A stretch of 64,000 bases of DNA, taken from IMG/VR virus record IMGVR_UViG_3300035698_035310, positions 1-64,000 of that record. The stretch is one strand, 5' to 3'. The notes beneath the pieces are model-generated. The model was not told where the DNA came from. It saw only the letters and a program-made list of their open reading frames with translations, and ran no database searches. Position numbers and translations under genes: made by a program. Shown piece by piece: positions 49,927-61,386 of this stretch. Numbering within the stretch: the first letter of the stretch is position 1; each line of letters begins with the position of its first letter.

Positions 49927-51661
49927 ATGGGATTCCCAATAGTAGCAGCGTTTGGACTTGGAATGGTAGGCGCAGTAGGCGCAAAAGTTGGAACACAGCA
50001 TGTTTATCCATGGTTGGTTGAAAATGCTAGCAAAGGCAAAGAAACATTGAATGATTGGTTAGATTATACACTCGCCAAGGTGGAAACAAAGTTTGATTTC
50101 GAACATGCTGAGTTAAAAGGCGACATTGAAGAAAAAAATATCGAAAGAAATATGAACATCATCAAATAAATGTTGACTAAATGTTGACTATATGCAATAT
50201 TGTGATAATATAAGTAAATATTACAAACATTGGAGTAAAGCGCATGTCTATAAAAAATTTAAAAGAAGGTAAATGTGAATTCCGTTAGGTAACTTAACTT
50301 AATGGAGAAAACACATGAGCAACACAAAAACTACCGACAAGATCATTCTTATACATGAGGATGGCAATCGTTGGGTATTTAATGACATATATGATGCTGC
50401 AATCAAATTGATTGATTGGAAATTAATTTATCATTGGGGGTCTGATTCTCACATTGGTGATCATTTTGGATTGATTTATGATACCGGCATCAATTGTTTT
50501 GGCAAACCAATAGGTCGTGTATCGTATATTTTACGCTCGGAATTTGGCGACGTTATCACCAAAGACGACATATCCGAAGCATTCGCAAAAATACGAACAG
50601 ATTCACGAAATGCTAGAATTGATAAAGAAATAGCACGCGCACAACGAAATTTCCGTTGTGCTCCAGAACCAAGTACTGGTTACAGACGATATGGAAATTG
50701 TTATCGTCATATTAGCACATATTCTGAACATCGCGATAATGATGCACTCAATTACGATGATGATGCAATAGAATACAATATTAAATCTCGTTCAAAACGC
50801 ACTAAGTCATATCTTCCTAATTATTGGGATGATCGCATTCGTTCTGATTATGACGTTAAAAATTGGAAACGACAGCGCAAAACACAGTGGAAGCAAAAGG
50901 ACTAAATATATTCATGAGAGCACATGAAATACTTATTGAAGCAAATCTTGAAACTTTAAAAAAGAATAAAGTTGTATTGAGCGACGAAGAGCGTACCAAA
51001 GTTATGGATGCTGGCGCAATTTGGCATCATGGGCCTAATGGCGCACCTTCACCAGCTATATGGAAAGGTAAAGATAGTAAAGGTAAAATGTGGTATGCAT
51101 GTAATACACATAGGGCTTGCGCAATAGAAGATTCATTAAGTAAAGCAATTAAAGAATATCCATCAATAGAGGCATCAGCATAATATGAGTTTTGTAAAAA
51201 CCATAGAACTTCCACCCAATGCATTGATAATAAACCCAGAAGATAGAAATTCTAATGGTCGTTATGAAATTGCATCAGGTTTTATTAATATATTTCAATT
51301 TGAAATAGTAGCAGATGGTCAATTTCGTGTTCCAGTTAGGCATTTGAACACCAATGAACGATCACATGAATCGTTTTCGTTGCGTGCGTGGATTAGCGTT
51401 GATCCAAACGGAATAGAATTATTTTATAGATTTCATCCAACCTCTGGTGGTTTATCGCATTTAATATACGATGAATCGATAGACCCACCACCAGAACCAA
51501 CAAAACATTCACCGATGCGAAATGAACATTCACCTATAACATTTACACCACAAGACAGCCTTGTTCCATTAGCCCCAGGTGTATATTATTATAATATATT
51601 AAATATGATATTAAAACCAAATGCTTATGAAATATCGTTTGACGTGCCATTCGTATTTTAA
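49927..51661 (+). CDS. Hypothetical genes 49927-50169, 50315-50905, 50914-51183 (MRAHEILIE), 51185-51661
   Basis: RBS-preceded ORFs; 50315 has LP.YWDD..R...KNWK..RK.QWK phage motif. Confidence 0.6.
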
Positions 51662-51664
51662 TTT

Positions 51665-51735
51665 ACCCCCGCCGATGATTCGGACATGACTTTCCTAAAG
51701 TTATTGAAACGGTTTGATTCCGTTCGAGGGTACCA
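51665..51735 (+). tRNA. tRNA-Arg(CCT)
   Basis: tgact-ttCCTaa-agtta; short D arm; ACCA. Confidence 0.8.
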
Positions 51736-51744
51736 CAATCAAAC

Positions 51745-51776
51745 GCCATCTTTTTTCGGAAGGGTGGCTTTTTTAT
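51745..51776 (+). terminator. Intrinsic terminator
   Basis: gccatctttt-ttcg-gaagggtggc + T tract. Confidence 0.75.
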
Positions 51777-51810
51777 TGACTTTTTTCATACATGTTTGTA
51801 TACTTTGTAA

Positions 51811-52308
51811 ATGATAAAACTACCAAAAAATAAAATAGATTGGATTGATGAAATTGGTTCTTGGACCGGAATAATAAGTGTGCTAATGCTTTCTAGTAAT
51901 ATAGGAATGAATGGATTAGCGTTTACTATATTCACAGTGACGTCTATATGTTTTGTATATGTCGCACATGAAAAAAAACTGAATGGCATGAGGCGAATGA
52001 ATGTTGTCATGTTTTTTATTAATATATGGGGTATATGGAGATGGGCAATTCAACCTTGGATGATTGGTGTTTAAATGAGTTTGTTTGAATACAAAAAAAT
52101 TGTAAATAAAAAAACGACACTTGAATACGTCGTTAATATGGAAGATGTGCCATATGATGAATTTCATCGATTAAAAAAATGGATTCAAGGTAATATTCCA
52201 TCATCTGATCGATATACACCAGATTGGAATGATCATACGGAAAAAATGGAATTTAGATTTAGGTATGAAGAACACGCAATGGCGTTTAAATTAATAATAC
52301 AATATTGA
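51811..52308 (+). CDS. PnuC-like small membrane protein (51811-52074) and AMAFKL-motif protein (52075-52308)
   Basis: Three TM helices ending INIWGIWRW. Confidence 0.5.
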
Positions 52309-52365
52309 CTTTTTAATGATTGATATTGTATAATGAAAGAAATTATAAACAAGGAGAGATTACTA

Positions 52366-52631
52366 TGAAGTGGAATTTAACAAAAGATAGAAGAAGTGTT
52401 GAACGTGATACAGAAGAAGCATCTAATGATCCAGTATGGATTGAAGTGGATTCTAGTTTTGTAGAAGCAATTGCTTATAACGATGATGGTTTGTATGTGA
52501 CGTTGTCGCATGGATCATACCTTTATAACGGTGTTCCTGAACAAGTATTCGAAGATTTCAAGAATGCATCTTCAAAAGGTCAATTTTTTAATTTAAATGT
52601 TAAAGATATATACACATTTAGCAACCGTTAA
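52366..52631 (+). CDS. KTSC-domain protein (start ATG 52366)
   Basis: SSFVEAIAYN...Y.Y.GVP...F..ASSKGQFFN..VK..Y. Confidence 0.88.
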
Positions 52632-52655
52632 GGTATTATAAACTAAATATTAACA

Positions 52656-53222
52656 GTGGTTATAATACAAGGAATGAACATGAAATTTTTTCAATGGCTA
52701 GATAATAAAGAAGCTGAAAAAATGCCGGAACGAGATATTGATGACATAAAACCGATATCAAGTAAAAAATCAGAGTTAGATAAAAAGATTTTTGAAGTAG
52801 AAAATGGGGTAATTGATATTACTGCATTGGATAATGATGAAATCATAGAAAAGAAATTTGTTCATGCTGCGACAGGTAAAAAATATAAAACTGAACGTGC
52901 GCTAAAAGCTGGAATAACACGATATAATAAGAAACAGAATGTTTCACCTAGCTCGATAAATCTTGCAGGTAGAAACACACCAGAAGCACGAGATAAAGCA
53001 AAAAAAATTATTAAAAAAATGAATGCTGCTGAGAATCTTACATTGATAAAAACGGGTTTAAAATACGATAAACCCGACGATAGTGTAAATCAAGTTAAAA
53101 CAGATAAAGAATTAAAAATATTTGTCGATGCAGAAACAGGCAAAACGTATAAAACAGCACCTGCTTTAAAAGCAGGTATAACTAGACGATTAAAAAAACA
53201 AAAACAAGGCGATAAAATATGA
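52656..53222 (+). CDS. Hypothetical protein with two TGK.YKT..ALKAGITR repeats
   Basis: Internal duplicated motif. Confidence 0.7.
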   Translation: MVIIQGMNMKFFQWLDNKEAEKMPERDIDDIKPISSKKSELDKKIFEVENGVIDITALDNDEIIEKKFVHAATGKKYKTERALKAGITRYNKKQNVSPSSINLAGRNTPEARDKAKKIIKKMNAAENLTLIKTGLKYDKPDDSVNQVKTDKELKIFVDAETGKTYKTAPALKAGITRRLKKQKQGDKI

Positions 53223-53461
53223 GTAATAGACACGGAAAATGTGAAATCGGTAAAGGATTATCAGTAGCTGTACGCGGCGATGAAATCGAAAAAGCGATGA
53301 AAAAATTCAAAAAAATGATTATCAATGAGGGATTTTTAAAAGAACTAAAAGCCCGTCAAGAATATGAAAAACCAAGTGATAAAAGACGTCTTGCTAAAAA
53401 AGAAGCAGTGCGTAGACAGCAAAAAGCGATAGCGTTACGTATTAAACACGACGGTTATTGA
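53219..53461 (+). CDS. rpsU: Ribosomal protein bS21
   Basis: IEKAMKKFKK...G..KE.K.R..YEKPS.KRR..K..A.RR. Confidence 0.9.
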   Translation: MSNRHGKCEIGKGLSVAVRGDEIEKAMKKFKKMIINEGFLKELKARQEYEKPSDKRRLAKKEAVRRQQKAIALRIKHDGY

Positions 53462-53991
53462 ACATAATGCGAGTAGGTAGAGAGTTAGACGCGACTATCG
53501 CATTAACTATCATGGGGCTGAAGGCAGTGGAGCCTGAGCATATACCAAAATATTCTTCTGATATATTTGCCGCACATAAAATAATATCTAAATTACAAAC
53601 CATTGGATGGTTTTGCAATGTTGGTTCACGTATAGGCAATGATGGATCGTTGTTTTACAGAGCTAGATTCTTCCAAAATGGACGTGAATGTGAACGATTT
53701 GCAGATACGATTCCTATGGCATTATGTACCGCATCGCTTGCAGTAATAAAAGATGAATATTTTGAATATGTAGATATATTAAAAGACAACGACGATGATT
53801 CCCCCATTGATATAATACCAAGTGCGACCACTGGATTTTCAAAAATAGACGCCGATGATGATATATCTGATATTGTCCAACAAGTGATGTTAAAACATAG
53901 CGATGTGCATCCCAATTGGAATGTTATAACAAAATCATTAATAGATGATTTACGAGAAAAAAATTATATAATAATAAAAAAACCATCATAG
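53458..53991 (+). CDS. Phage ABA-sandwich-domain protein
   Basis: PKYSSDIFAAH.II...A.T.PMALC.A.L. Confidence 0.7.
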   Translation: MNIMRVGRELDATIALTIMGLKAVEPEHIPKYSSDIFAAHKIISKLQTIGWFCNVGSRIGNDGSLFYRARFFQNGRECERFADTIPMALCTASLAVIKDEYFEYVDILKDNDDDSPIDIIPSATTGFSKIDADDDISDIVQQVMLKHSDVHPNWNVITKSLIDDLREKNYIIIKKPS

Positions 53992-54041
53992 TCTATTGAC
54001 CTTTTAGATATATATGGTATTATTACATATATTTAAAGGAG

Positions 54042-55067
54042 TTGAAAATGTTATTAGAACGTGATAAATTTAGAGAAGGTGTGTTTGAACGCGATAGTCA
54101 TAAGTGCGTCATGTGTGATGCACCTGCTCAAGATGCTCATCACATCATTGAACGTAGGCTCTTTACGGATGGTGGCTATTACTTAGATAATGGGTCTAGC
54201 CTGTGTGGTGAACATCATTTAGCAGCCGAATATACAACGCTTTCGCCACAAGAAATTCGTGAAAAAATAGGCATCACTAAAGTCGTATTACCAGAGCATT
54301 TATACCGCGATCAAGAGTATGACAAATGGGGCAACCCTATGTTACCTAACGGCACACGCCTTAAGGGTGATTTGTTTGATGATTTGTCGGTTCAGAAAGC
54401 ATTAAAGGCTGGTGGCGTTTTGGGAAGTTTTACGCACTTAGTGAAATATCCAAGAACATATCATGTAATGTGGAGTCCCGGTTTAAGTAATGATGACCGT
54501 GCGCATAACTCATTGGATCAGTTTGAAGGAAAAAATGTTGTCGTCCATTTGAAGATGGACGGTGAAAACGCAAGTTTTTATAATGATCATTATCACGCAC
54601 GTTCGTTAGATACTGTTAATCATCCATCTCGCAAATGGGCTAAAATGCTTCATGCGCGTATTATGGGTGATATACCAGAAAGCTGGCGTGTGTGTGCTGA
54701 GAATTTGTATGCTGAACATTCGATTCATTATGACGATCTTGAAGCCTTCGTTCTTGCTTTTTCTATATGGAATGAAAAAAATGAATGCCTTGGTTGGGAT
54801 GAAACCCAAGATTGGTTTGAGTTGTTAGAAGTTCCACAAGTTCCAGTTTTGTATGAAGGATTATTTTCAGAAGAAAAGTTGCATGAAATTGAATCAACGC
54901 TTGATTTTGAAATTGATGAAGGATATGTGATGAGAACGCGAGATAGTTTCCATTATAATGACTTTCGGCAAAATGTCGCTAAATATGTTCGTAAAGGGCA
55001 TGTTCAACATTCAACCGAAGGACACTGGATCAATCGACCAATTACGCCTAATGAACTGAGAAAATAA
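54042..55067 (+). CDS. HNH domain-RNA ligase (Rnl2-like nucleotidyltransferase) fusion
   Basis: CVMC...DAHHI...N..LC..HH; KYPRTYH, KMDGEN, AEN, EGYVMR, KYVR. Confidence 0.85.
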   Translation: MKMLLERDKFREGVFERDSHKCVMCDAPAQDAHHIIERRLFTDGGYYLDNGSSLCGEHHLAAEYTTLSPQEIREKIGITKVVLPEHLYRDQEYDKWGNPMLPNGTRLKGDLFDDLSVQKALKAGGVLGSFTHLVKYPRTYHVMWSPGLSNDDRAHNSLDQFEGKNVVVHLKMDGENASFYNDHYHARSLDTVNHPSRKWAKMLHARIMGDIPESWRVCAENLYAEHSIHYDDLEAFVLAFSIWNEKNECLGWDETQDWFELLEVPQVPVLYEGLFSEEKLHEIESTLDFEIDEGYVMRTRDSFHYNDFRQNVAKYVRKGHVQHSTEGHWINRPITPNELRK

Positions 55068-55077
55068 GGAGACTATA

Positions 55078-55386
55078 ATGGGACTTAGAATATGTTTCGA
55101 GCCACACGAAAAAATGGAAATCAACGATGCTGGCGTATTTAGATATTACGCAGAGAACTATTTGTCTGATTTTGATGTAGAATTTGGCGGTTGTTATGCA
55201 ATGGATGCTGGAAAGAAGAAACTCCAACGTTTGGAGCCAGTGTGGCAATTTTTAACAACTTGGCAAATTTATGGCGATTCCGACCTAGTTAGTTTGTTGG
55301 GTTATTTTGACGAGAATCCATTGAATGGTTATTATATTCATGTATTCGAATCAGTGTATAATGGAAATGAAGTAAAAATTTACTAA
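55078..55386 (+). CDS. Hypothetical protein
   Basis: AAGGAG RBS. Confidence 0.6.
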   Translation: MGLRICFEPHEKMEINDAGVFRYYAENYLSDFDVEFGGCYAMDAGKKKLQRLEPVWQFLTTWQIYGDSDLVSLLGYFDENPLNGYYIHVFESVYNGNEVKIY

Positions 55387-55397
55387 AATCAATAAAA

Positions 55398-55533
55398 CCA
55401 TGTTTTTCTCTTAAAGTATTAAATACTATTATAATTATATTGCAGTAATGGATATAGTTATAGTAATATAGTGATCGCAGCATTTGTTGGATCACGGAAT
55501 AAGTTCAACTTGCTTTAAAGGAGAAGAACATGG
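55398..55533 (+). promoter_or_regulatory. Long-range hairpin sequestering RBS/ATG of ORF 55530, TAAATA at edge of loop
   Basis: ccatgtttttctcttaaagta / tgctttaaaggagaagaacatgg. Confidence 0.6.
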
Positions 55534-56576
55534 CAAATACCTATTCAAAGGCGGAGATGACTCCTGCCCTAATAAAACTAAACTTACAATATTTTTTCGA
55601 TAAACCAGCGCGTGAATACAAAGCGGAAATGGATGAAGTATTAGCAAATCACAATCCCGATACACACAATCAAAGTTCGCGTGCCGAAGTAGGGCATATG
55701 CGAAAATGGGCATCTATCACAGGGTTATGGCATAAAAATATGAAAGCTATGCCGTTGACTGAATCCCCGTTCCAAAATATAACTGAAAAACTCGCTGAGT
55801 TAGCAACGGATGAAAATACATCATTGATTCTTGATATATTTGATGATTTTACCGCATTGCTAACAGATGATGTTGATCGTTCAAAAGATGAGCTATTATT
55901 GTTTAAAACTGAGTTGTATGAAACTACAGCCCAAGAAGAATTTGATAAAAAACAACAAAAAATAGATGATGTAAATAAAGTGCACGATGAAGCAGTGAAA
56001 GATATGTTAGCCGCATTGATTGTTGATTTAAAAGAGCGTGATGTTAATAATAAAGCAAACGAATCTACGGAAGACTTGCAGCCACAGATTAATGCCCTCA
56101 TTAAAGTTATGGAAGACATCGACGTTGTTGTTCTAGATGTACGTGATGAAACACCTACGCTTAATACACCAACTGAGGTATTTGATCGTATGATGAAAAT
56201 GTCGAGGATTAAAAATACTGAACTTGCTGATACAAGAGCAAAAGAAATCGCCGATGCGTTAGAAGAAGCAGAAAAGTTGCTCTCCGAACTCAGCAAAGAA
56301 CAAAATCAAGAACGATCTGAAAAACTGATAGAGAACAAAGACGCGATAGATAGTTTTAATGATTGTTGGGACTCGTATGTATTGAAATATACCACCGCGA
56401 GTGAAAAACCAACAGCAACGTTATTTGAAATGTTTTTAATTGACGTCGGTGATATGACCCGAAATCAAGTTAAAATGATGAAAGTTCATGCTGATATCTA
56501 TGACGATAACGGCATTGAAAACTATATAGAATTTCAAGCAGAAATCGATAGAGTTAAAGAAAAATATCCAGAATAA
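55530..56576 (+). CDS. Acidic coiled-coil hypothetical protein
   Basis: 348-aa ORF, AAGGAG RBS. Confidence 0.75.
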   Translation: MANTYSKAEMTPALIKLNLQYFFDKPAREYKAEMDEVLANHNPDTHNQSSRAEVGHMRKWASITGLWHKNMKAMPLTESPFQNITEKLAELATDENTSLILDIFDDFTALLTDDVDRSKDELLLFKTELYETTAQEEFDKKQQKIDDVNKVHDEAVKDMLAALIVDLKERDVNNKANESTEDLQPQINALIKVMEDIDVVVLDVRDETPTLNTPTEVFDRMMKMSRIKNTELADTRAKEIADALEEAEKLLSELSKEQNQERSEKLIENKDAIDSFNDCWDSYVLKYTTASEKPTATLFEMFLIDVGDMTRNQVKMMKVHADIYDDNGIENYIEFQAEIDRVKEKYPE

Positions 56577-56587
56577 CAAAATATGAC

Positions 56588-56645
56588 TTGACATGATTCA
56601 TCCCTGATATTATAATAGATTTTTTAATATTGGGGATGAATCATG
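56588..56645 (+). promoter_or_regulatory. TTGACA-N17-TATAAT promoter embedded in hairpin that occludes the start of ORF 56643
   Basis: acatgattcatccctgatatta / taatattggggatgaatcatgt with G-U pairs. Confidence 0.7.
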
Positions 56646-57617
56646 TCCGAAAGAACAAAAATGGATTATTCTATATCGTTTAAAATATTAGTATCTTTTA
56701 TGTTATTGCTTTGGTCGACGTTGATGTATGTATCATATGTAAATCAACCAGAGCCAAAAGTAGTATACAAAACACCAGTTAAAACACACGCGGTTGTAGA
56801 AATTGAAATCGCAGATATTAAACCACTCAATGTTATATCATCAATCAAATCCGAAGATGTAGTGAATAAATTCAATTCTTTGAGATATGATTTAAATGAT
56901 TATATTGTTCCTAGAGTCATTGTGGCAACATTGCCTACTGATTTGAACAAATTGAGTATTCCAGAAAAAAAAGAATTATTTGTAAAAATAGTGCTACCAC
57001 TTATTTTACATGAAAATGAATCAATCAACCACGAACGCAATCTTGCGATTTTTAATATAAATCGAGATACCGAAGGTTCGCGATTGATTATGGCGTATTT
57101 GTATAAAAAATATCGTATATCTACAAATTCTGCCACGAACCCTATTATAAAGACTGATGAAGAATTGCTGACTAAAATTATGCCTATACCTGTATCATTG
57201 GTATTGGCGCAAACAGCAATTGAATCTGGTTGGGGAACGTCGTATTTCGCAAGGCATGGAAATGCACTATTTGGGCAACACGCCTATAAAGGTCAAAAAT
57301 CATTGAAGCCAAGAAACATAGTAGCGCCTCGAGTAGCAGCGTTTAAAACGTTGGGAGTTTCTGTTAGTGCGTATATGAGAAATCTTAACACGCATTTGGC
57401 ATACAGTGATTTTCGAAAAAAACGAATGAATTTGTCAAATTTTAAAGGGGTTATTTTAGCAGAACATTTAGATTTATATTCGGAGCGTGGTGCTGCGTAT
57501 ATTAAAGATGTTAAACAAATGATAAAATATAACAAATTTGACAGATTTGAACGACATGTATTAGAGGATGATACATATCGTGCTAAAAAATCCCTTGACA
57601 TGATATCCGTTCCATAG
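56643..57617 (+). CDS. Membrane-anchored glucosaminidase (GH73, Bax-like)
   Basis: N-terminal TM; AQ.AIESGWGTS.FA..GN.LFGQ; Y..NLNTH.AY; YSERG..Y. Confidence 0.88.
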   Translation: MSERTKMDYSISFKILVSFMLLLWSTLMYVSYVNQPEPKVVYKTPVKTHAVVEIEIADIKPLNVISSIKSEDVVNKFNSLRYDLNDYIVPRVIVATLPTDLNKLSIPEKKELFVKIVLPLILHENESINHERNLAIFNINRDTEGSRLIMAYLYKKYRISTNSATNPIIKTDEELLTKIMPIPVSLVLAQTAIESGWGTSYFARHGNALFGQHAYKGQKSLKPRNIVAPRVAAFKTLGVSVSAYMRNLNTHLAYSDFRKKRMNLSNFKGVILAEHLDLYSERGAAYIKDVKQMIKYNKFDRFERHVLEDDTYRAKKSLDMISVP

Positions 57618-57671
57618 TATAACTAACAGCATGAATGAATTTATTTTATTAACAATGTAGGAGACTGACCA

Positions 57672-58825
57672 ATGAATGACACTGTAACAGTAGAAGTAGC
57701 AACTGTTGAAGGCAAAGATATTAAAGCCGAAATGGATTTAAGCCTTTCCGAAAGTAAAGGAGCACTTGCGGTTGCTTCTGAAAACACTTCCCCCGCAGAT
57801 CAAAAGCGCGTTAAAGAATTGATATTGGTAGCACCGATTCAATTATCAACTTCGGCGTTGAAGCGCAGGGTGGTTTAAGTAAACAATCTGATGCGATGCT
57901 TAAAGGAGTTCGCAATAAAGATACTGGACCTGCTGGTGAAGTTATGAACGGTCTTATGGTTCAAATTCGTGGTTTGGGTCTTAGTGATCTCGATCCTGGT
58001 GAAAAACGAGGATTTTTCGGCAAAATGTTAGGTAAACTTACACCTGTTCAAAAATTCCTTCAATCATATGAAAGCGTTGAAAGTCAAGTTGACGCCATGG
58101 TTGCGAAATTGACGCAAGAAAAAAACACACTACAGCGCGATGTTATTATGCTTGATGCAATGTATAATGAAGCATTGGTATTTTTTGATGATTTGGCTTT
58201 TTATATTGAAGCCGGTGAATTGAAACTTGCTGATGTTAAAAACGTTGATATTCCAGCATTGGCGGATAAAGCACAGCAATCAGATAATATGCTTGACGCA
58301 CAAGCACTTCGTGATATTAACGAACGCACACTCGATCTTGAACGTAAAATTCAAGACCTTATGCTTACACGCCAAGCAACAATGCAAATGCTTCCGCAAT
58401 TACGCATGATTCAAGATGTTGATAAAGGTCTTGTAACAAAGATTCAATCTTCTATTCTTGTTACCATTCCACTTTGGAAAGGCCAAATTGCTATGGCTAT
58501 CACACTTTGGAGACAGGCTGGTGCAATCAAAACACAAAAAGCAGTTTCCGATGCCACCAATGATATGTTGCTACAAAATTCTGCATTGTTGAAGCAGAAC
58601 AGTGGTGACGCTCGATGCGAAATGGAACGTGGCGTTCTTGACATGGCAACATTGAAGCAGGTTAATGATGATCTTATCGCTACCATCGTGGAAGCCGGTC
58701 AGATTGCTGAAGAAGGCAAACGAGCGCGTATTGCTTCAAGGGTTGAAATGGATAAGTGTGAAACTGAACTTAAAGCTGCTTTGAAAAATTCAGGTGCTAA
58801 TGCCCTGAACGCAATCGCAGCCTAA
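57672..58825 (+). pseudogene. telA: Toxic anion resistance protein TelA, frameshifted near 57818
   Basis: -1 shift restores KEIDIGSTDSIINFG.EAQ..L....D.ML..VR; Q..PQ.R.IQ, IPLWK.Q. Confidence 0.8.
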
Positions 58826-58855
58826 TTATTGAAAAATAGGAAAGGAGACTATATT

Positions 58856-60582
58856 ATGAATAATCGACTTAAGATGAGTATCTACGCCGCAGCATTGGTA
58901 TTAACCAGTGCTGTGTCGGCGCAGGCGGCTAGCAATTATGTTGGCATGGATTCTGTGAACAACGTTGTCACAGAAGGCGTTCGTGATTGCCGTGGTGGTG
59001 AGGGTAATAATATTCCCATTATCACGTGGGGTGGTGATATGATTACCATTCATGCAAACGGTGATGCGCTTGTAACCAAAGCAGGTAGTGTGTTTGACAA
59101 AGAAGGTCTTGCACTTACCTTGAAACGTGAAGACGTATTCACCAAACAGGTTGCCGGATATCTTCGTTGTGATACGCCATATATTCGTGGCACACAAGGT
59201 CAGTTAAATCTTGCTGCGGCGGTTACTGAAAACGATCCACGCACAAAAATGGTTACTATCTTCCAGCACACATGGTCGAATGGCGGTGATGCGTTGGTTG
59301 TTAAAGATGGCATCAAATCATTGGCGGATTTGAAAGGCAAAACTATCGCGTTGCAAGCATATGGACCACATATTAGTTATTTGTTTAAAATTCTTTCTGA
59401 TGCAGGACTTAAACCAACCGATGTTAAATTGAAATTCACCAAAGATTTAGTTGGACTCGACGAGGATACAACGCCGGGTGTTGCGTTACTTGAAGATAAA
59501 AGCATTGATGCGGCGATGGTTATTATTCCTGATGCATTAACACTTACCTCTGGTGGAACAGTAGGAACTGAAGCCGAAGGTGCTGTAGAAGGGGCAACTA
59601 TTCTTCTTACTACAAAATCAGCAAGTCGTGTTATTTCTGATGTATACGCAGTTCGTCAAGATTATTTTGACGCTCATAAAGCAGAAGTTCAATCTTTTGT
59701 TCATGGGTTGATGGGTTGATGGTTGCAGAAGAAAATTTAGTTGCTGCCGCACGTGGTAAAACCGCCGCGTTTAAGAGTACTGTTGCTGCTACAGCAACCA
59801 TTCTTCTTGGTGCCCCTACCGCGATTGGTGATGCAGGCGACCTATGGATTGATGCTGAAACCACAGGTATCAACGGGAATGTGAAGTTTTTCACAAATAA
59901 TAATTTTTCACGCAACTTTACGGCTATTACTGCCGAAATTCAACAATCATATGTGGATTTAGGGCTTCTACCAAAAGCAATGGTTTTGGCTGACGCTGGT
60001 TGGGACTACAGTGTATTGGCGATTGACTTGAAAACTGCTGGTAAGATTGAAGCACCCAGGTTTGATACTAAAAAACTTACTGCGGCTGTAACGGCAAAGG
60101 CTGCTACTGGTGATCTTGACAAAGGCGCATTGTTTACCTTCGAAATCAATTTTAAGCCAAACGTTAAGGAATTTCCAGTAGCGTTATACATGGACGCATT
60201 TAAGAAGGTGATTGATCTATCAAACACTTATTCTGGTGCAGTGATTACGGTTGAAGGACATTCCGATCCTTATGGTTATCAGAAAAAGCAGGAAAAAGGT
60301 GTAGGCGAAGGAATTCTTTCTAAAATCAAGCAATCTGGACGCACATTGAGTATTAAACGTGCTGGTGCGGTTCGTGATGCGATTATTGCCCTCGCCGAAC
60401 AAGATGGTATTACGATTGACAAAAGTCAGTTTGTTGCCATCGGACTTGGTATCTCTAGCCCAAAGAATGCAATTATGCCTAAATCCATAGCGGAATGGAC
60501 TACAATTACTGCGCAAAATCGTCGAGTTGTGTTTAAATTGATTAATATCGAAGCAGAATCTTCTGAATTCGAAGCACTTTAA
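58856..60582 (+). pseudogene. ABC-type substrate-binding + OmpA-like domain protein split by 8-bp tandem duplication at 59706-59721
   Basis: ggttgatg x2; removing one copy gives HGLMVAEEN and a 572-aa ORF; WSNGGDALV, EGHSD, QNRRV. Confidence 0.8.
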
Positions 60583-60597
60583 GGGGGGATTAATAAT

Positions 60598-61386
60598 ATG
60601 AAAATATATAACAAACTCTTTATTTCATCTATCCTTGTAGCCAGCGTTCTTTTAGTTGGCTGTGAGGAAAACGCCGCACCTCTTGCCCCAAAAGCGGCAG
60701 TTGCTACAACTCAAACTTCGGATAATACACCACAGGCGGAACAAGCGCCTTGGGTTTGGCCGGGAACATCAAAAGGTGCTATTGCGTTAGCATCAGATTT
60801 GACAGCAAATAACTATATGGTAGTATATGATGGTTCTGGTAGCATGGGTGACCCATCATGTGATAAAAATAGCCAAACATCTAAGCATGCAGAAGGCAAA
60901 ATTGCTCTTAAATCATTTATCAATGCGATACCCGATGAATCTAATATTGGTTTTTACGCATTTGATAATAATGGAAAAGGTGTACGAACACAACTTAATA
61001 CAGGCAACAAATCAAAAATCGTTGCTGAGATTGATAGTGTTAGTCCTGGTGATGGAACTCCGTTAAAAAGTGCGGTTAGAACAGGTTATGATGCATTGAC
61101 TTTACAAGGTCAAAAACAACTCGGTTATGGAAGATATGTGTTAGTTATTGTGACTGATGGTGTTGCAAGTAGCGGTGAAAGTCCAACCAATATTGTTAAT
61201 GACATCATTGACGATACACCAGTTGAAATACATACTGTTGGTTTTTGTTTGGGTGATAAACATACACTTAATCAACCGGGACGAACATTTTATGCTTCTG
61301 CGACAAGTTCCGAGGAAGTGTTGAAATCTCTGGAAGATGTTCTTTCAGAATCTTCGGATGTTGATGATAACGACTTCAGTAACTAA
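60598..61386 (+). CDS. vWA-domain lipoprotein
   Basis: Lipobox LLVGC; DGSGSM, GTPL, TDG. Confidence 0.88.
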   Translation: MKIYNKLFISSILVASVLLVGCEENAAPLAPKAAVATTQTSDNTPQAEQAPWVWPGTSKGAIALASDLTANNYMVVYDGSGSMGDPSCDKNSQTSKHAEGKIALKSFINAIPDESNIGFYAFDNNGKGVRTQLNTGNKSKIVAEIDSVSPGDGTPLKSAVRTGYDALTLQGQKQLGYGRYVLVIVTDGVASSGESPTNIVNDIIDDTPVEIHTVGFCLGDKHTLNQPGRTFYASATSSEEVLKSLEDVLSESSDVDDNDFSN

